Shown here piece after piece: positions 52,011-64,000 of a stretch of 64,000 nucleotides of DNA. The stretch is from positions 49,446,430 through 49,510,429 of the forward strand of contig NC_090399.1 of the NCBI RefSeq assembly GCF_036365525.1, given 5' to 3'. The notes under the pieces are model-generated. The model worked only from the letters and a program-made list of their open reading frames with translations, was not told where the DNA came from and searched no databases. The position numbers and the translations under genes are program-made. Position 1 is the first letter of the stretch, and each line of letters starts with the position of its first letter. The stretch is from Heterodontus francisci (Eukaryota).

Positions 52011-52704
52011 GAGCTGTAATAACTCAGGAGTTCTCCGTATCTGGAGATGTACACGGAACACATGAGGCAGCCAACACTTACTGAACCTTTAGGCAGCTTC
52101 CAATGCGACTGCGTTACTTCAAAAGCGGCCCAGATCATGACGATGATGTCACACCAATCTTAGCCGTGTTTTTTTTTTGGTATATCCGGAACTTCAGAGA
52201 CCTCTCATGCGATTCACTGCCAAGTCATCTTATTTTAGGCTGCTGTAATGTCCACAGGACTCCGTGTTAGAAAGGGGAACGCCGACCTGGATGACCAAAC
52301 TATTGTGCTGAGCAGAGTCTCAGATTGTGTATTTTTTTCAATTGAATTTCTTTTGAATCAAGCTTCCGAAAACATTTGTGAGAGTTGATTTCTGTAATCT
52401 GACAATTTCCATCACCAAAGGAACTGATCTCAAAGACGTCACTGATTGATGTGTTTATAAATTTGATATGTAGCATTTTGAAAAATAGTATGTCGTCTTT
52501 AAAGCTAGTCCGTTAATCTTTCCCCAGTGGATACATTGCTGCTGTGCGATTGTTGGTGGATTATTAGCTGCATCAGTCTGTCCCTGTCCTTTGATGCAGC
52601 CACAGTAAGAATTATTTACATTGTTCAAGTACGCCTTTGGGGGCAAGGAATTAATAGTCAAAGTGTTTTGAACAAGGAAACCAAACTATCAACAACAACA
52701 TGTG

Positions 52705-52960
52705 TTACTATAGCGCATTTAATGTAATAAAATGGATACAAGGCGCTTCACAGAAGCATTAAGGAGATGTTAAGTCAGTTGACCAAAGCTTGGTCAAAGA
52801 GGTAGATTTTAAGGAGTGTCTGAAAGGAAGAAAGAGAGACGGAGACGTGCAGGGAGGGAATTCCAGGGCTCAGAGCCTCCGCAACTGAAGGCACGGCCAC
52901 CAACGGTGGAGGGACTTAAATGGGAATGCTCGGAAGGCCAGAATTAGGTGAGCACAGACC
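52705..52960 (-). mobile_element. L2 3'-end fragment
   Basis: AAGGCGCTTCACAG...GACCAAAGCTTGGTCAAAGAGGTAGATTTTAAGGAG...GAAGGCACGGCCACCAA, similar to the L2 ends at about 22660 and 43460. Confidence 0.7.
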
Positions 52961-55900
52961 AAAAGTGTTTTTTGGTCAAAGGAACGAACTTCCGCCTCTT
53001 AAATATTAATAGTCAAATTCGGAATTCTTGCATTTTTAAATAAGACATGTTGCCCAATTCAGGATCTTTAAAGGCGCAAAATGCTGTGGATGCCAGTGAA
53101 TACGCCATGATTAGTTTGGAGTCGACAAGCCAAAGGAGTGCGTGAATCACATGTCAGCATCATGTAAATAAAAAGGAAAAAGCCGGTTGTACGTGTTTTC
53201 TTTATTGATCAGTACTTTGATTACCCAAAAACAATCAAATATCAGAACATGTCCTGTCCCAATTAGCTCAGATAATTGAAGCTCCGCTACATCAAAGAGT
53301 GTTACTGTTCAGTGGCACTGTTTGAGACCGGACAAACCAATACGCACTAATTAGATCTCACCCCGTCCCCCAGCTCCATAAAATAAAATTGCAGATAGTA
53401 AGCATTGTCAATAATATTATATGGCACATTCCTCAGGATGCCAGCTATATTTCCGTAACATTAGCCAGTAATCCAAGCGTTTGAGTGGTGTTTATGGCAA
53501 AGTTCAACACCGCTGAAGCCAGCCTTTGCAATTCAACCCCTCCCGCAGGGGCTGTTACCGCATAATGAAAAAAAATCTCTGCATGATAAATCGACATACT
53601 AATTAATATGGACAATAGATCAATAATAATGGCAAACTAATGTTATGTTTTAATGTTAGGAACTACCTATATTTTGGTGATCCAAACTTGCAGAAACTGT
53701 CCTATAATTATGGACCGTTTACATTTGCAATAATTTCATTATAAAAGCTACAAAGTTAAATCTTGATCTGATGATGTGGCAGATTAGGCGCATTTTCATT
53801 GTTTCCCACTATATTTTTTGTTTAAGGAAATAAAGTGAAAGCAAATTGACTCGGTTCCTTTTGTAAAACAACTTTTACTTGATAAGTGCAGTTCTATTTC
53901 AACAAAACAAATAATAAATCACCGAATTCTTGCTGCAAGTCAAATGAAACGATTTAAATGAGACTTGTCACCCAATTCAGGGTCATTAAAGGGGCAAATT
54001 TCTGTGCATGCTGGTTTGGAGTCTAGAATTTAGCCAAGGGAATGTGTGAGAACGGTTGGAGGAGAGGAGCAAGAGGATCCACCGCCATTTCACAATTTCT
54101 TCAGCGTATCCCCCAGGGATGTCTCACGTATCCCCCAAAAGCACACGTATCACAGTTAGGGAACTGCTGATTTAGACTAACTGTGGAATGTTTACACAGT
54201 TGATTCCACACGCACTTCAGATATATTCTACCACCTGCATTAGTATTTTGCAATGTTATGAATACCGATTCATTGGTTGATTCATTGATTTTTTGATCCT
54301 GTGATTTCAGGATTGATTAATTCATTGGGACAGTTTTGAGATCGGTCTATCGCGTTAGATGAGCGACTTCGGATCATCGTTCTACATTGCTCCCGATATA
54401 TATTTACTTTCACTTCAACAGAAAGGAAATTCGGGAGAGAATGTTAATGGGCAGCTGAGCACGTATCTCCCGTATTACACTATTCTCCATGTTCACATCT
54501 CTCCCGATTTTATTTCCATTGCAGTACCTGGAAAGGAAAATGGCGAGAGATGCAAAAAGGGCTGTCTACTCACTGTCATCCATTTTTACTATGTCAAGAA
54601 GACAGGATCGACCCTCTTGTCATTTCAGCTTACTTCTTACTTCTTACCATCCTTATAAGGATGGTGCCGTAACCTGTCTGATCACCGCATTGTATGTGCA
54701 GCGCCCAGTTACCTGGGAAATATCACTCCGTTCTGCAGCAGTTACTTATTTTTCAAGTAACATCAACTGGAGGAGGTTTCACATCGGCTGCTGAATCACT
54801 ATGAGCAGGTGTGGACCTACCGCCCGAGACCAATTTTGCCCCATGACCCGAAGCAAAAGGATACCGAATTGAACGACTGCACAGAAAGATCTGCATTTAA
54901 TTTCCATATAAGATATTCTCAAACGGATTACTCCCGTTAAAGTGAACTGGAAACAGCTGTTTGAAGATAAATCTGTACCTAATCAGAGGGAGGCATTCAT
55001 GGAAAATCGTCAGAGTTCAGAGCAAGATGTGCCCTAAAGAAAAAGGGTGGCACGAACAATTACAGAGACTCCTGGATGTCAAGGGGCTTAAAACAGAAAA
55101 TAAAGAGAATAAAAAGAAGCTTGTGATAGGTACAGAGGCCTCAATACTTCATAAAAAGTAGGGAAGTATAAAAATGTAGAAAGCAAAGAGAGGGCATGAA
55201 AATATATTGGCAAATAAAATCTAGGAAAACGCAAAGATTTTGCATAAATACATAAAAATCAAGAGGATAACTAAAGAATAGGGTCGATTGGAGACCATAG
55301 GTGTAATGTGTGTGGAGGCGCAGGATGTTAATATGCTTCTTAAAGAATACCTTGCGACTGTTTTCAGAAACGAGAGGGACGACACACATATTGCAGTCAC
55401 GGAGGAGGAGCGTGCAAAATTAAATGAAATTAACATAGTGAGGGAGGAAATCTTAAGGGGCTTAACATCTTGAAAGTGGATAAATCTCAATTCCCGGCCC
55501 AAACGTGTCCTAGACTGTTGAGGGACGGAACAGAAGAAATAGTGGCGGCTCTAACCATCATTTTCCAATCTGCTCTGGTTACAGGTGTGGTGCCAGAGGA
55601 CGAGAGGACAGCTGACGTTGTACTATTGCGTAGAAAGGGAGAAAGTGACAGGCCAAGTAAATGCAGGCCAGTCTGCCTATACTTGGTGATGGGAAAAGTA
55701 TTGGAAAAATAATCCGAGGGACAGGATAAATCTTCATGGGTGTTCCCATGCATCTGCTGCCCTTGTCCTTCTAGGTGTAGACGTCGCCTTGGTGCATTGC
55801 TGCAGTGCATCGTGTAGATGGCAATGATTTGTAACGCGAAGGTCGTTTCTGACGAACATGATTGAATTTTCTGATGCGGTAACACGGAGTGTTGTTGATG

Positions 55901-56574
55901 GCAGTGCGATAAATGTAGACTCAATGCATTTTGGCAAGGCTTTGATAAAGTCCCACATGCAGACTGTTCACGAAAGTAGAAGTGAAAATTTGCGTCCAAA
56001 ATTGGTTCAGAGGCAAGAAGCAAAGCATGATGGTGGATGGATGTTTTTAGCAACTGGAAGGCTGTTTCCATTGGAGTTCTGCATGGCTCAGTACTTAGCC
56101 CTTGCATTTGTGGTGTATATCAAAGATTCGGATTGGAATGTAGGAGCTATGATTATGAAGCTTACAGACGATACAAAAATTGGGCACGTGGTTGATAATG
56201 AAAAAGTAATTTATCGACTGCAGGACGTTATCATGGACTAGTCACGTGGTTGGAACAATGGCAAATTGAGTTCAATTCGGGGAGGTGTGAGGTGATGGGA
56301 AAGGCTACCAAGGCAAGGGAATACATCATAAGTGACAGTATATTGTCTAGTGTAGAGTAATATGGGAACCTTGGAGAACCTGAAGGTGGCTGGACAAGCA
56401 GATAAGTTAGTCAAGAAGGCGTACTGGATACTTGCCTTTATTAGCTGAGGCATAGAATATAAGAGCTGGGAGGTTATGCTGGAACTGTATAAAACACTAG
56501 TAAGGTCATAGCTGGAGCACTGCGTGCAGTTCTGGTCACCGCACTTGACAGGATAGTGAGGACATATACAACGA

Positions 56575-56715
56575 TACAAAAGCAAAATATGGCATTTGCT
56601 GGAAATCTGAAATAAGAACAAGAAATGCTGGAAATGCTCAGCAGTATGACGTTCATGAGAACAGGCCTGAAATGTTTTCTCTGTTTTTCTCTCCACTGAT
56701 GCTGCCTTACCAGAC
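56575..56715. mobile_element. Short Penelope terminal-repeat-derived element
   Basis: AAAAGCAAAATA...GCTGGAAATCTGAAATAAG...AAATGCTGGAAATGCTCAGCAG is the reverse complement of the Penelope end at about 58120-58188. Confidence 0.65.
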
Positions 56716-56905
56716 TTACGAGGATATTGCCTGTGCTGGAGAACTTTGTTTATCAGGAAATTGCACAGGCCATGGTTGTTTTCTTTGGAACAGAGGAGGC
56801 TGAGGGAAGACGTAATTGAAATATATAAAATTATGAGGGAGCTAAATAGAGTGTACAGGAAGGCCCAATTCCCCTTACTTGAGGAGTCCATTTCATTGAT
56901 TTATG

Positions 56906-58188
56906 CTCTGCTCTGCATCTGCTCTGCTGAGCCACCTTCCATGACGGTGCTTCTGGAATGACCTCCGTTTTCCTCAACCAAGGATTCCCCCCCCCCCCCC
57001 ACCATTGTTTTTGACAGTGCCCTCAACCATGTCCGGCCCATTTCCCGCACATCTACCCTCACCCCTTCCCCTCCCTCCCAGAACTGTGACAGGGTTCCCT
57101 TTGCCCTCACTTTCCACCCCATCAGCCTTCATATCCAAAGGATCATCCTCCACCATTTCCGCCACCTCCAGCGTGATGCCACTACCAAATGCATCTTCCC
57201 CTCCCTTCCCCTGTCAGCATTCCGAAGGGATCGTTCCCTCCGTGACACCCTGGTCCACTCCTCCATCACCCCCACCACCTCGTCCCCGTCCCATGCAATC
57301 GCAGGAGGTGTAATACCCGCCCATTTACCTCCTCTCTCCTCACTATCCCAGACCGAAACACTCCTTTCAGGTGAAGCAGCGATTTACTTGTACTTCTTTC
57401 AATGTATTCTGTATATACTGTATTTGCTGCTCACAATGTGGTCTCCTCTGCATTGGGGAGACCAAACGCAGACTGGGTGACCGCTTTGTGGAATACCTCC
57501 GCTCAGTCTGCAAGCAGGACCCTGAGCTTCCGGTTGCTTGCCATTTCAACACTCCCCCCTGCTCTCATGCTCACATCTCCGTCCTGGGATTGCTGCAGTG
57601 TTCTAGTGAACATCAATGCAAGCTCGAGGAACAGCATCTCATTTACCGATTAGGCACACTGCAGCCTGCCGGACTGAACATTGAGTTCAATAATTTCAGA
57701 GCATGACGGGCCCCCTATTTTACTTTTACTTTTAGATATTTTTTCCTTTTTCTTTTTTACATTTTTTACAATTTTTTTCTTTTGTTTATTTCATTTCATT
57801 GTAGTTTGTTCAGTTTCCGTACCCACTGCTTTTTTTCATGTTTGTACTTGCTGCTGCTCAATCTTCAGTTCGTTAACACCCTATCTGTCCTAATGCTTTG
57901 TCTTTCAACACACCATTAACATATTGTTTACCTTTGCTCCATGACCTCTTGGTCAGCTATGTGGCCTTGTCCAATCTACACCTTCTCATTTGTTAACTCT
58001 TGCCGCACCCCCGGCTCACTTGCTTATAACCTTTAACATTTCTAATATTTGCCAGTTCCGGAGAAGGGTCACTGACCCGAAACGTTAACTCTGCTTCTCT
58101 TTCCACAGATGCTGCCAGACCTGCTGAGTGGTTCCAGCATTTCTTTCTTTTATTTCAGATTTCCAGCATCCGCAGTATTTTGCTTTTA
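56906..58188 (+). mobile_element. 5'-truncated Penelope-like retroelement (GIY-YIG endonuclease + terminal repeat)
   Basis: ORF 57371-57706 has CIYCICCSQCGLLCIGETKRRLGDRFVE...VACHF...EEQHLIYRLGTLQPAGLN. Perfect 13-bp TSD TCATTGATTTATG at 56893-56905 and 58189-58201. Confidence 0.9.
58053..58092 (+). ncRNA. Degenerate minimal hammerhead ribozyme motif in the Penelope terminal repeat
   Basis: AGTT-CCGGAGA-A-GGGTC(ACT)GACCC-GAAACGTT-AACT: flanking stem, CUGANGA-like core with two substitutions, stem II, GAAA and palindromic AACGTT. Confidence 0.55.
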
Positions 58189-58522
58189 TCATTGATTTAT
58201 GGTCCGTGGTAGGAGGCTTAGAGGGGATTTATTCACCCAGAGTGAGATGGGGATCTGGAGTTCACTACCTAAAATGATGGTAGAGGCAAAACACCAAATA
58301 ACATTTTTAAAAATTGCTTGGATATGCACCTGATGTGCCATAACCTATGAGGCTACAGAACAAGAGCTGAAAGTGGGACTAGGCTGGATGGCTACTTGCA
58401 GGCCGATGTGGAGACGATGGGCCGAATGGCCTCAATTCGTGACGGAAATTTCAATGATTCCATGACTCCGTGAATTGAGTGTAATTATTATTTTTTTTAC
58501 ATTTATTGTCTTTTTTTTCTAG

Positions 58523-59418
58523 GTAACCTATTGGCGATTGTGATTCTCTCTCGCGGGAAGTGCGGACTTTCTAAATGTATCACTCGTTACATGGCGGCCA
58601 TGGCAGTGGCAGATCTACTGGTGATAATATTTGATGTAATATTGTATGAGATTAACGACATTTATTTCTCCTATTCATTCTTGGATTACACGCCCGTTTG
58701 CAGTCTCAATAACGTCTTGATTTTTGTAGCCCTTGATTGTTCTGTCTGGTTAACTGTTGCCTTTACCTTTGATCGATTCATCACTATATGTTGCCAGACG
58801 GTGAGGATAAAGTATTGCACTGAAAGAACGGCGGCCATAGTTATAGCTACTGTCTCTGGACTGAGCTTTGTGGAAAACATTCCCATTTACTTTGAAAGTG
58901 AACACCTGGAAATGATTAACAATACAGCGTGGTTCTGCCATGTAAAGTCAACCTCCACGAGTTTACCTATATTGGTTGCATACTACTTCTTTGACATTAC
59001 CTTAACACCATTACTACCATTTTTGCTCATCTTGCTGCTCAATGCATTGACCATCAGGCACATTCTACGAGCCAGTAGAGTGAGGAGGGGACTTCGGGGA
59101 AACACTAATCATGGGAATCACAATGATCCAGAGATGGAGAACCGAAGGAAATCCATCATATTACTGCTCGCCATCTCTAACTGTTTTATATTGTTGTGGC
59201 TGGTAACATTCGTACATTTCATCTGCACACACTTTGCAGGTATTCCGTTTATGCTCACAGATTACAATAATCCATTTACCACCATGGAGCACACTGGATA
59301 TATGCTTCAGCGTTTGAGTTCATGCACAAACACATTTATCTATGCAGTGGCTCAGGCTAAATTCAGAGAGGAATTGAAGAATATCGTTAAATATCCCTGC
59401 GCTCTAATTATTAAGTGA
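58523..59418 (+). CDS. GPR139/GPR142-like GPCR copy A2, coding exon 2 (321 aa with exon 1)
   Basis: TTTTTTTTCTAG acceptor at 58511-58522 followed by GTAACCTATTG (G-N-L-L). Open frame with the same TM motifs as copy B. Confidence 0.9.
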
Positions 59419-60546
59419 GTGCTTTCACAAAACTGAAGCTCAATGTCATCTAAACTCAGCGCATTGATAATTATATAGCTTTTTATCTTTCTATCTCTCT
59501 CTCGCTCTCTCTCTCTCTTTCTGTCCCTCTCTCCCTCTACATGCTAATATGTAGGAGAGCAAATTTACAGAAGGAATGTCACATGACTGAATCCAGTTAA
59601 GGGGCTCCAGGGTGAAATTAATCTCGGGCAGATCCCGGATCAATGTCCCGTTCTATAATCTTATCCATTGCAATGAATGGTTTAATATTTGCATTTTGTG
59701 AGAGTGTAAAATTAGCGATGTATCGGATCGGTGACCCCTTGTACACCTCTCCCAATGTTCCTTTCCGATGGGCAGGGCAATCGGGAGCGGTGCATAATGG
59801 CGACTGAGCCGATAGCACCCGTTAAACTCCGGAAAATGTTACAGTTAGGACCTTGGATAAAACGGACTGCAATTCCAATATCTCACATCTTACACCCCTG
59901 CCCAAGAACAATTTACACCTTACTGAGTTTCCAGCTGTTTATGTAGCAGCGGAAAATCCAGAAATAGCACCTCAATACACCGATGAAACACATTAATATT
60001 GCACACAGTTACTTTCGGAGTGCACTGCTGTGTGCAGACAAACACGTCAACCATTCTGCACTGTCATCCTACATAACAGTAAGGTGACAAATGTCTGGTC
60101 AAATGCTGTTGGGTGCTGAATGGAGGAGTAAGGTGGTCAGAACACTATTGAGAACTTATTGCTTTTCATAAAACGGCGTTATGTAAACATACAGGTGGGA
60201 TTTTGGTTCAATGTCTCACCAAAAGAATGATACCCTCCAACATTCATTCAAATCTACCAGCATAATAGTTTCGTGTGACTCTCAAATAGTTCCTCCATAC
60301 ACAACCCCCATTTGAGACGGTATTTATGTACAACTGTACAGTCAAGCATTTTAATTGCCCACAAGTGATCAATACTTTTAAATGTTGAAAATGTGTTGGG
60401 GTTGCGGAGAACGTTCAATAATTTTACAGAATAAGACGCATCTGGATGCACACTAAGCTCTTCAAGATTACTTTTAACATAATTCCAGAAAAATGTGGAG
60501 TAATATGTGGATATTAAAAATGAGCAGATCCGAAGTCAGGTTTGAA

Positions 60547-60925
60547 TGGAGACGGTGGGGTAGCGGTAACATTGTTGAACTAGTAATGCAGAGGCCCAGT
60601 TTAATGCCCTGGGGACACCGGTTCAAATCTCACCAAGACCAGGACGGGTGGCGTCATTTCAATACAATTAATTAATAATTTAAAACACTGGAATTGAAAT
60701 CTAATTTCAATAATGGTGCCATGAAACTCTCACTGATTGTCGTAAAAACCCAACTGGTTCACTAATGTCCTTCAGGAAAGGAGATCTGCCATCCCTTCCT
60801 GGTCTGACCTACACGTGACTTCAGACACACTGCAATACGGTTGGCTCTTAACTGTCCTCAGTTGTTCAGAGCAATTAGAGATGGACAACAAATGCCAGTG
60901 ACGCCCACATCCCATGAAAAAAATT
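60547..60925 (+). mobile_element. tRNA-derived SINE, homologous insertion to 1692-2100
   Basis: Same flanks and body; B-box-like GGTTCAAATC at about 60620. Confidence 0.8.
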
Positions 60926-61314
60926 TAAAAGTCAAGTGGGAGTGTTTCCTATGAAGCAACCCATCCGAATGCACCTTTTGTGGTTTTGATTTCGGGATAC
61001 TTTTTGCCCAAGGACTGGGGAAATCTAAGGAATTTAACGTGACACAGAACAAAAAGATGACTCTTGAGGCACTGTGTCGTTCCATCACCTGCACCGAGGC
61101 AAAGTGCTTTCTTCAGTGAGACATTAGTTTAACGCTGGGGCAGATTTAAACCCATAGCCTTCTAAAACAGTGCTGACTTTTCGACCAAATCTTCAAAGCT
61201 GATTTATATACAGAACCGTTGTGACTTTTTTTGTGGATACTTTCGGTTATTCTGTGATAAATATTATGATCTAAGCTGTTTGCATCTGAATTTATATCTA
61301 GGGGACTACAGCAT

Positions 61315-61490
61315 AGAAGAGGAAGATAATGTTACTGGACCAGTAATCTCCAGCCCCTCACCAGTACTCCGGAGAAATGTGTTCAAATTCCACCAGGCCA
61401 GCTGTGTGATATTGAAATTCCCTTCATTAATTAATTAATCTGGGGTAATAATGTTCATGAAACTACAGGATTGTAAGGGGGAAAAAAACA
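61315..61490 (+). mobile_element. 5' portion of the same SINE family (partial paralog at about 6990-7090)
   Basis: TTACTGGACCAGTAATC...GTTCAAATTCCACC...CATGAAACTAC. Confidence 0.55.
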
Positions 61491-61757
61491 ATAATTTTGT
61501 TAGAAAGCGATTCTGAGCAGTTTGCATCTGAATTTCTAATAACCAGCCGCACCCTCGCTGACTTTAATACTCAGACACTGGGAAGAAAATGTCCCCTTGC
61601 AGTTGTCAGCCCCGACTATTATGCTGCAGTGACCATAGTTCCAGCTGTAATAGACCGATTTCATTCAAATTGACAGTTTGTAAAGAACGAATGAAACGGA
61701 TGGGGTGACGCAATTTCCGGCATATTGCAATTTTCCTTCATCGCATCTAATGTAGAT

Positions 61758-64000
61758 CTTTCCATCCGCGGCGCGGCCATTCCGGGCTGTAGGGCCGCAG
61801 TCTGAAGAAAGTGGAGATTCCAACCGGGGTGCTGGACGATCTATGCAGAACTTGACAGGAGAAGAAACCGGGAAGCGGCGGCTAGGATGGGGGAGACGCT
61901 GCACCATCGCTTTAATGATACTCCCTCGGGGAGAGTAAATGACCGGCTCCCCGAACACAGCCATGTGGTCTTCCGATGCCGGTTTTATTGGTAAACGGGT
62001 CGATCTGAGTGAGTGAGGATCACTAGTGGTCAATGGTGGGAGCTGATGAAATGTTTAATTACCTGCACCCCCTTCCCCCACCCCCTCCCCCCCCCCCCGT
62101 TCCCCACTCCCCCCTCCCAACTCACCCCACTCGCACCCCCTTCCCCCTCTCCCTCGCACCCCCTTCCCAGCTCCCCCCCTCGCACCACTTCCCCCTGCAC
62201 CCCCTCCCCTACCCCCTGCAGCCCCCTTCCCAGCTCCCCCTCGCACCCCTTTCACTCCACCCCTTCCCACCGCATCCCCCCCCCCCCGCCCCCGCACCCC
62301 CTTACCCCCGCCTCACCCCCCCCCCCGCACCCTCCCGCACCACCCCCGCACCCCCTTCCTCCCACCTCCTCTCACCGGTATCCACCTATCCCTGAGCAGG
62401 GGCCCTAACAACCCCACTGCCTTGTGGGCATCTCGGGAGAGACCAAGGCTAAGAGAGTAAATCCTAACAGAAAATCTGGAGCGGAACCCCGATGCCGGTC
62501 ATGTGTCACCTTTGGCATGTTTCCGACAGTTCCTGCAACCATACCGGTGCCAAATGTCGTGCTCTGCACTCCTTTGGACCCCACCAGGAAGGCTGAGAGG
62601 GCGGGTTTTGATGCTTGGGCAACTCACAACCTCCATGCATCCACCCAGGCATGCGCTATGGAGAGGTCTCTCCATAGTCGCCTCACAGCGACTAAAACAA
62701 CATGGAAGCCAGCAGTTATGGGTTTTAAGTCCAGCTCAATTGGCATAGAGATTGGGCGCCACAGGTTGCCTTTGTCAGTGGGAGAGGTCATCGCATCTCA
62801 CTGGACAGCGACCGCCTTCCTCAAACCGGGCAGCCTCCAGTCAGTAAGGTTCTGTCCCGCTACAGTCCACCTGCTTCAATGGGTGCTTGGAGCTCAGGGT
62901 CATTGCCCGACAAGTGGACTGGAACACCACACCAAACAGCACGACCAAAAAAGGAAAGAAGGTACCAGCCCTTTATTTTGCAAGCTGGAACGTCAGAACT
63001 ATGTGGCCTGGCCTGTCGGAAGACCTTACACAAATCAACGATTCTCGGAAGACCACCATCATTAACAACAAGCTCAGTAGACTCAATGTGGACATTGCAG
63101 AACTTCAGGAGACACGCCTCCCTGCGAGCGGATCTCTAATAGAGCAAGACTATACCTTCTTCTGGCAGGGTAGGGATCCTGAAGAACCAGGACAGCATGG
63201 AGTGGGCTTCGCCATCAGAAACTCTTTGTTCAGCATGATAGAGCCACCCTCAAATGGCTCAGAATGCATACTGTCCATCCGACTGCTCACCGCCTCTGGT
63301 CCAGTACACCTACTCAGCATCTATACTCCAACACTCTGCTCCCCACCTGAAGATAAAGACTAGTTCTACCAGGAACTCCATAATATAATTAATAGCATCC
63401 CCAATACCGAACACCTGCTCGTGCTGGGGGACTTTAATGCCAGAGTTGGGGCCGACCATGACTCATGGCCCTCCTGCCTTGGGCGCTATGGCATTGTAAG
63501 GATGAATGAGAATGGACAGAGACTGCTTGAGCTGTGTACCTATCATAACCTCTGCATCACCAACTCGTTCTTTCACACTAAACCCTGTCACCAGGTTTCT
63601 TGGAGGCACCCAAGATTACGTCGTTGGCACCAGCTGGACCTCATCGTCACAAGGCGAGCCTCTTTAAACAGCGTTCAAATAACATGCAGCTTCCACAGTG
63701 CGGACTGCGACATCGACCACTTCCTGGTGTGCAGCAAGGTTAGACTCAAACCAAAGAAGCTGCATCATTCCAAGCAGAAGGGCCACCCGCGCATCAACAC
63801 TGGCAGAATTTCTCATCCACAGCTGTTACATAAGTTTCTAAATTCACTTGAAAAAGCCCTTCAAAACAGTCCTTCAGGGGATGCAGAGACCAAGTGGGAT
63901 CACATCAGAGACGCCATCTATGAGTCAGCTATGACCACCTATGGCAAACGTGTGAAGCGGAATGCAGACTGGTTTCAATCTCGCTTTGAAGAGCTGGAAC
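61758..64000 (+). mobile_element. RTE-clade LINE, 5' region and APE endonuclease domain (window-truncated)
   Basis: ORF from 62887 has SWNVRTM, LQETRL, HGVGFAI, then a single in-frame TAG at 63361-63363, then LGDFNARVG, NENGQRLL, HQLDLI and DIDHFLV. Similarity to the paralogous flanks stops at about 61757. Whether 61758-62390 belongs to the same element is uncertain. Confidence 0.85.
62062..62390. repeat. C-rich low-complexity tract with recurring CCCCTCGCACCCC / CCCAGCTCCCCC motifs
   Basis: Directly visible. Confidence 0.85.

Larger units (their letters stand above)
54945..58465 (+). mobile_element. Old CR1 ORF2 + 3' end in the copy A2 intron, carrying nested insertions
   Basis: VDKSQFP, LTDDTKIG and VQFWSP remnants, with a 3' hairpin at about 58415-58460. 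Absent from the copy B intron (about 40258). Nested pieces at about 55735-55835 (LINE 3' fragment, minus strand), 56575-56715 and 56906-58188. Confidence 0.8.

Noticed and set aside
55487-56891. 206-aa and 217-aa minus-strand ORFs
   Set aside because: Antisense frames across degraded CR1 and nested fragments; no coherent domain.
62013-62408. Proline-rich and glycine-rich ORFs (extensin- or collagen-like)
   Set aside because: Artefacts of translating the C-rich low-complexity tract.
62424-63065. 213-aa ORF upstream of and overlapping the RTE ORF
   Set aside because: No recognisable domain; GC-rich alternate frame within the element leader. A true short ORF1 cannot be fully excluded.

Overview
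Vertebrate genomic DNA, almost certainly a cartilaginous fish (HE1/V-SINE-type elements, Deu-domain SINE remnants, and CR1/L2/Penelope families typical of sharks; species not determinable from the window). The backbone is a tandem array of two-exon class A GPCR genes of the GPR139/GPR142-like type. Copy A1 (1-574, window-truncated) is a pseudogene with a 1-bp deletion and a premature TGA. Copy B (exon 1 28824-28893, exon 2 40309-41228, 329 aa) and copy A2 (exon 1 49685-49754, exon 2 58523-59418, 321 aa) have intact spliced reading frames. Between A1 and B lie two 'ghost' repeat units that keep the flanking DNA but have lost the gene. Most of the remaining DNA is nested transposable elements: CR1 LINEs of several ages, L2, RTE, a Penelope element with a hammerhead-like motif, a Charlie/Buster hAT, a Harbinger-like element, solo LTRs and SINEs. 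Element boundaries were read by eye and are approximate unless a TSD or an empty paralogous site is cited. No database searches were run.
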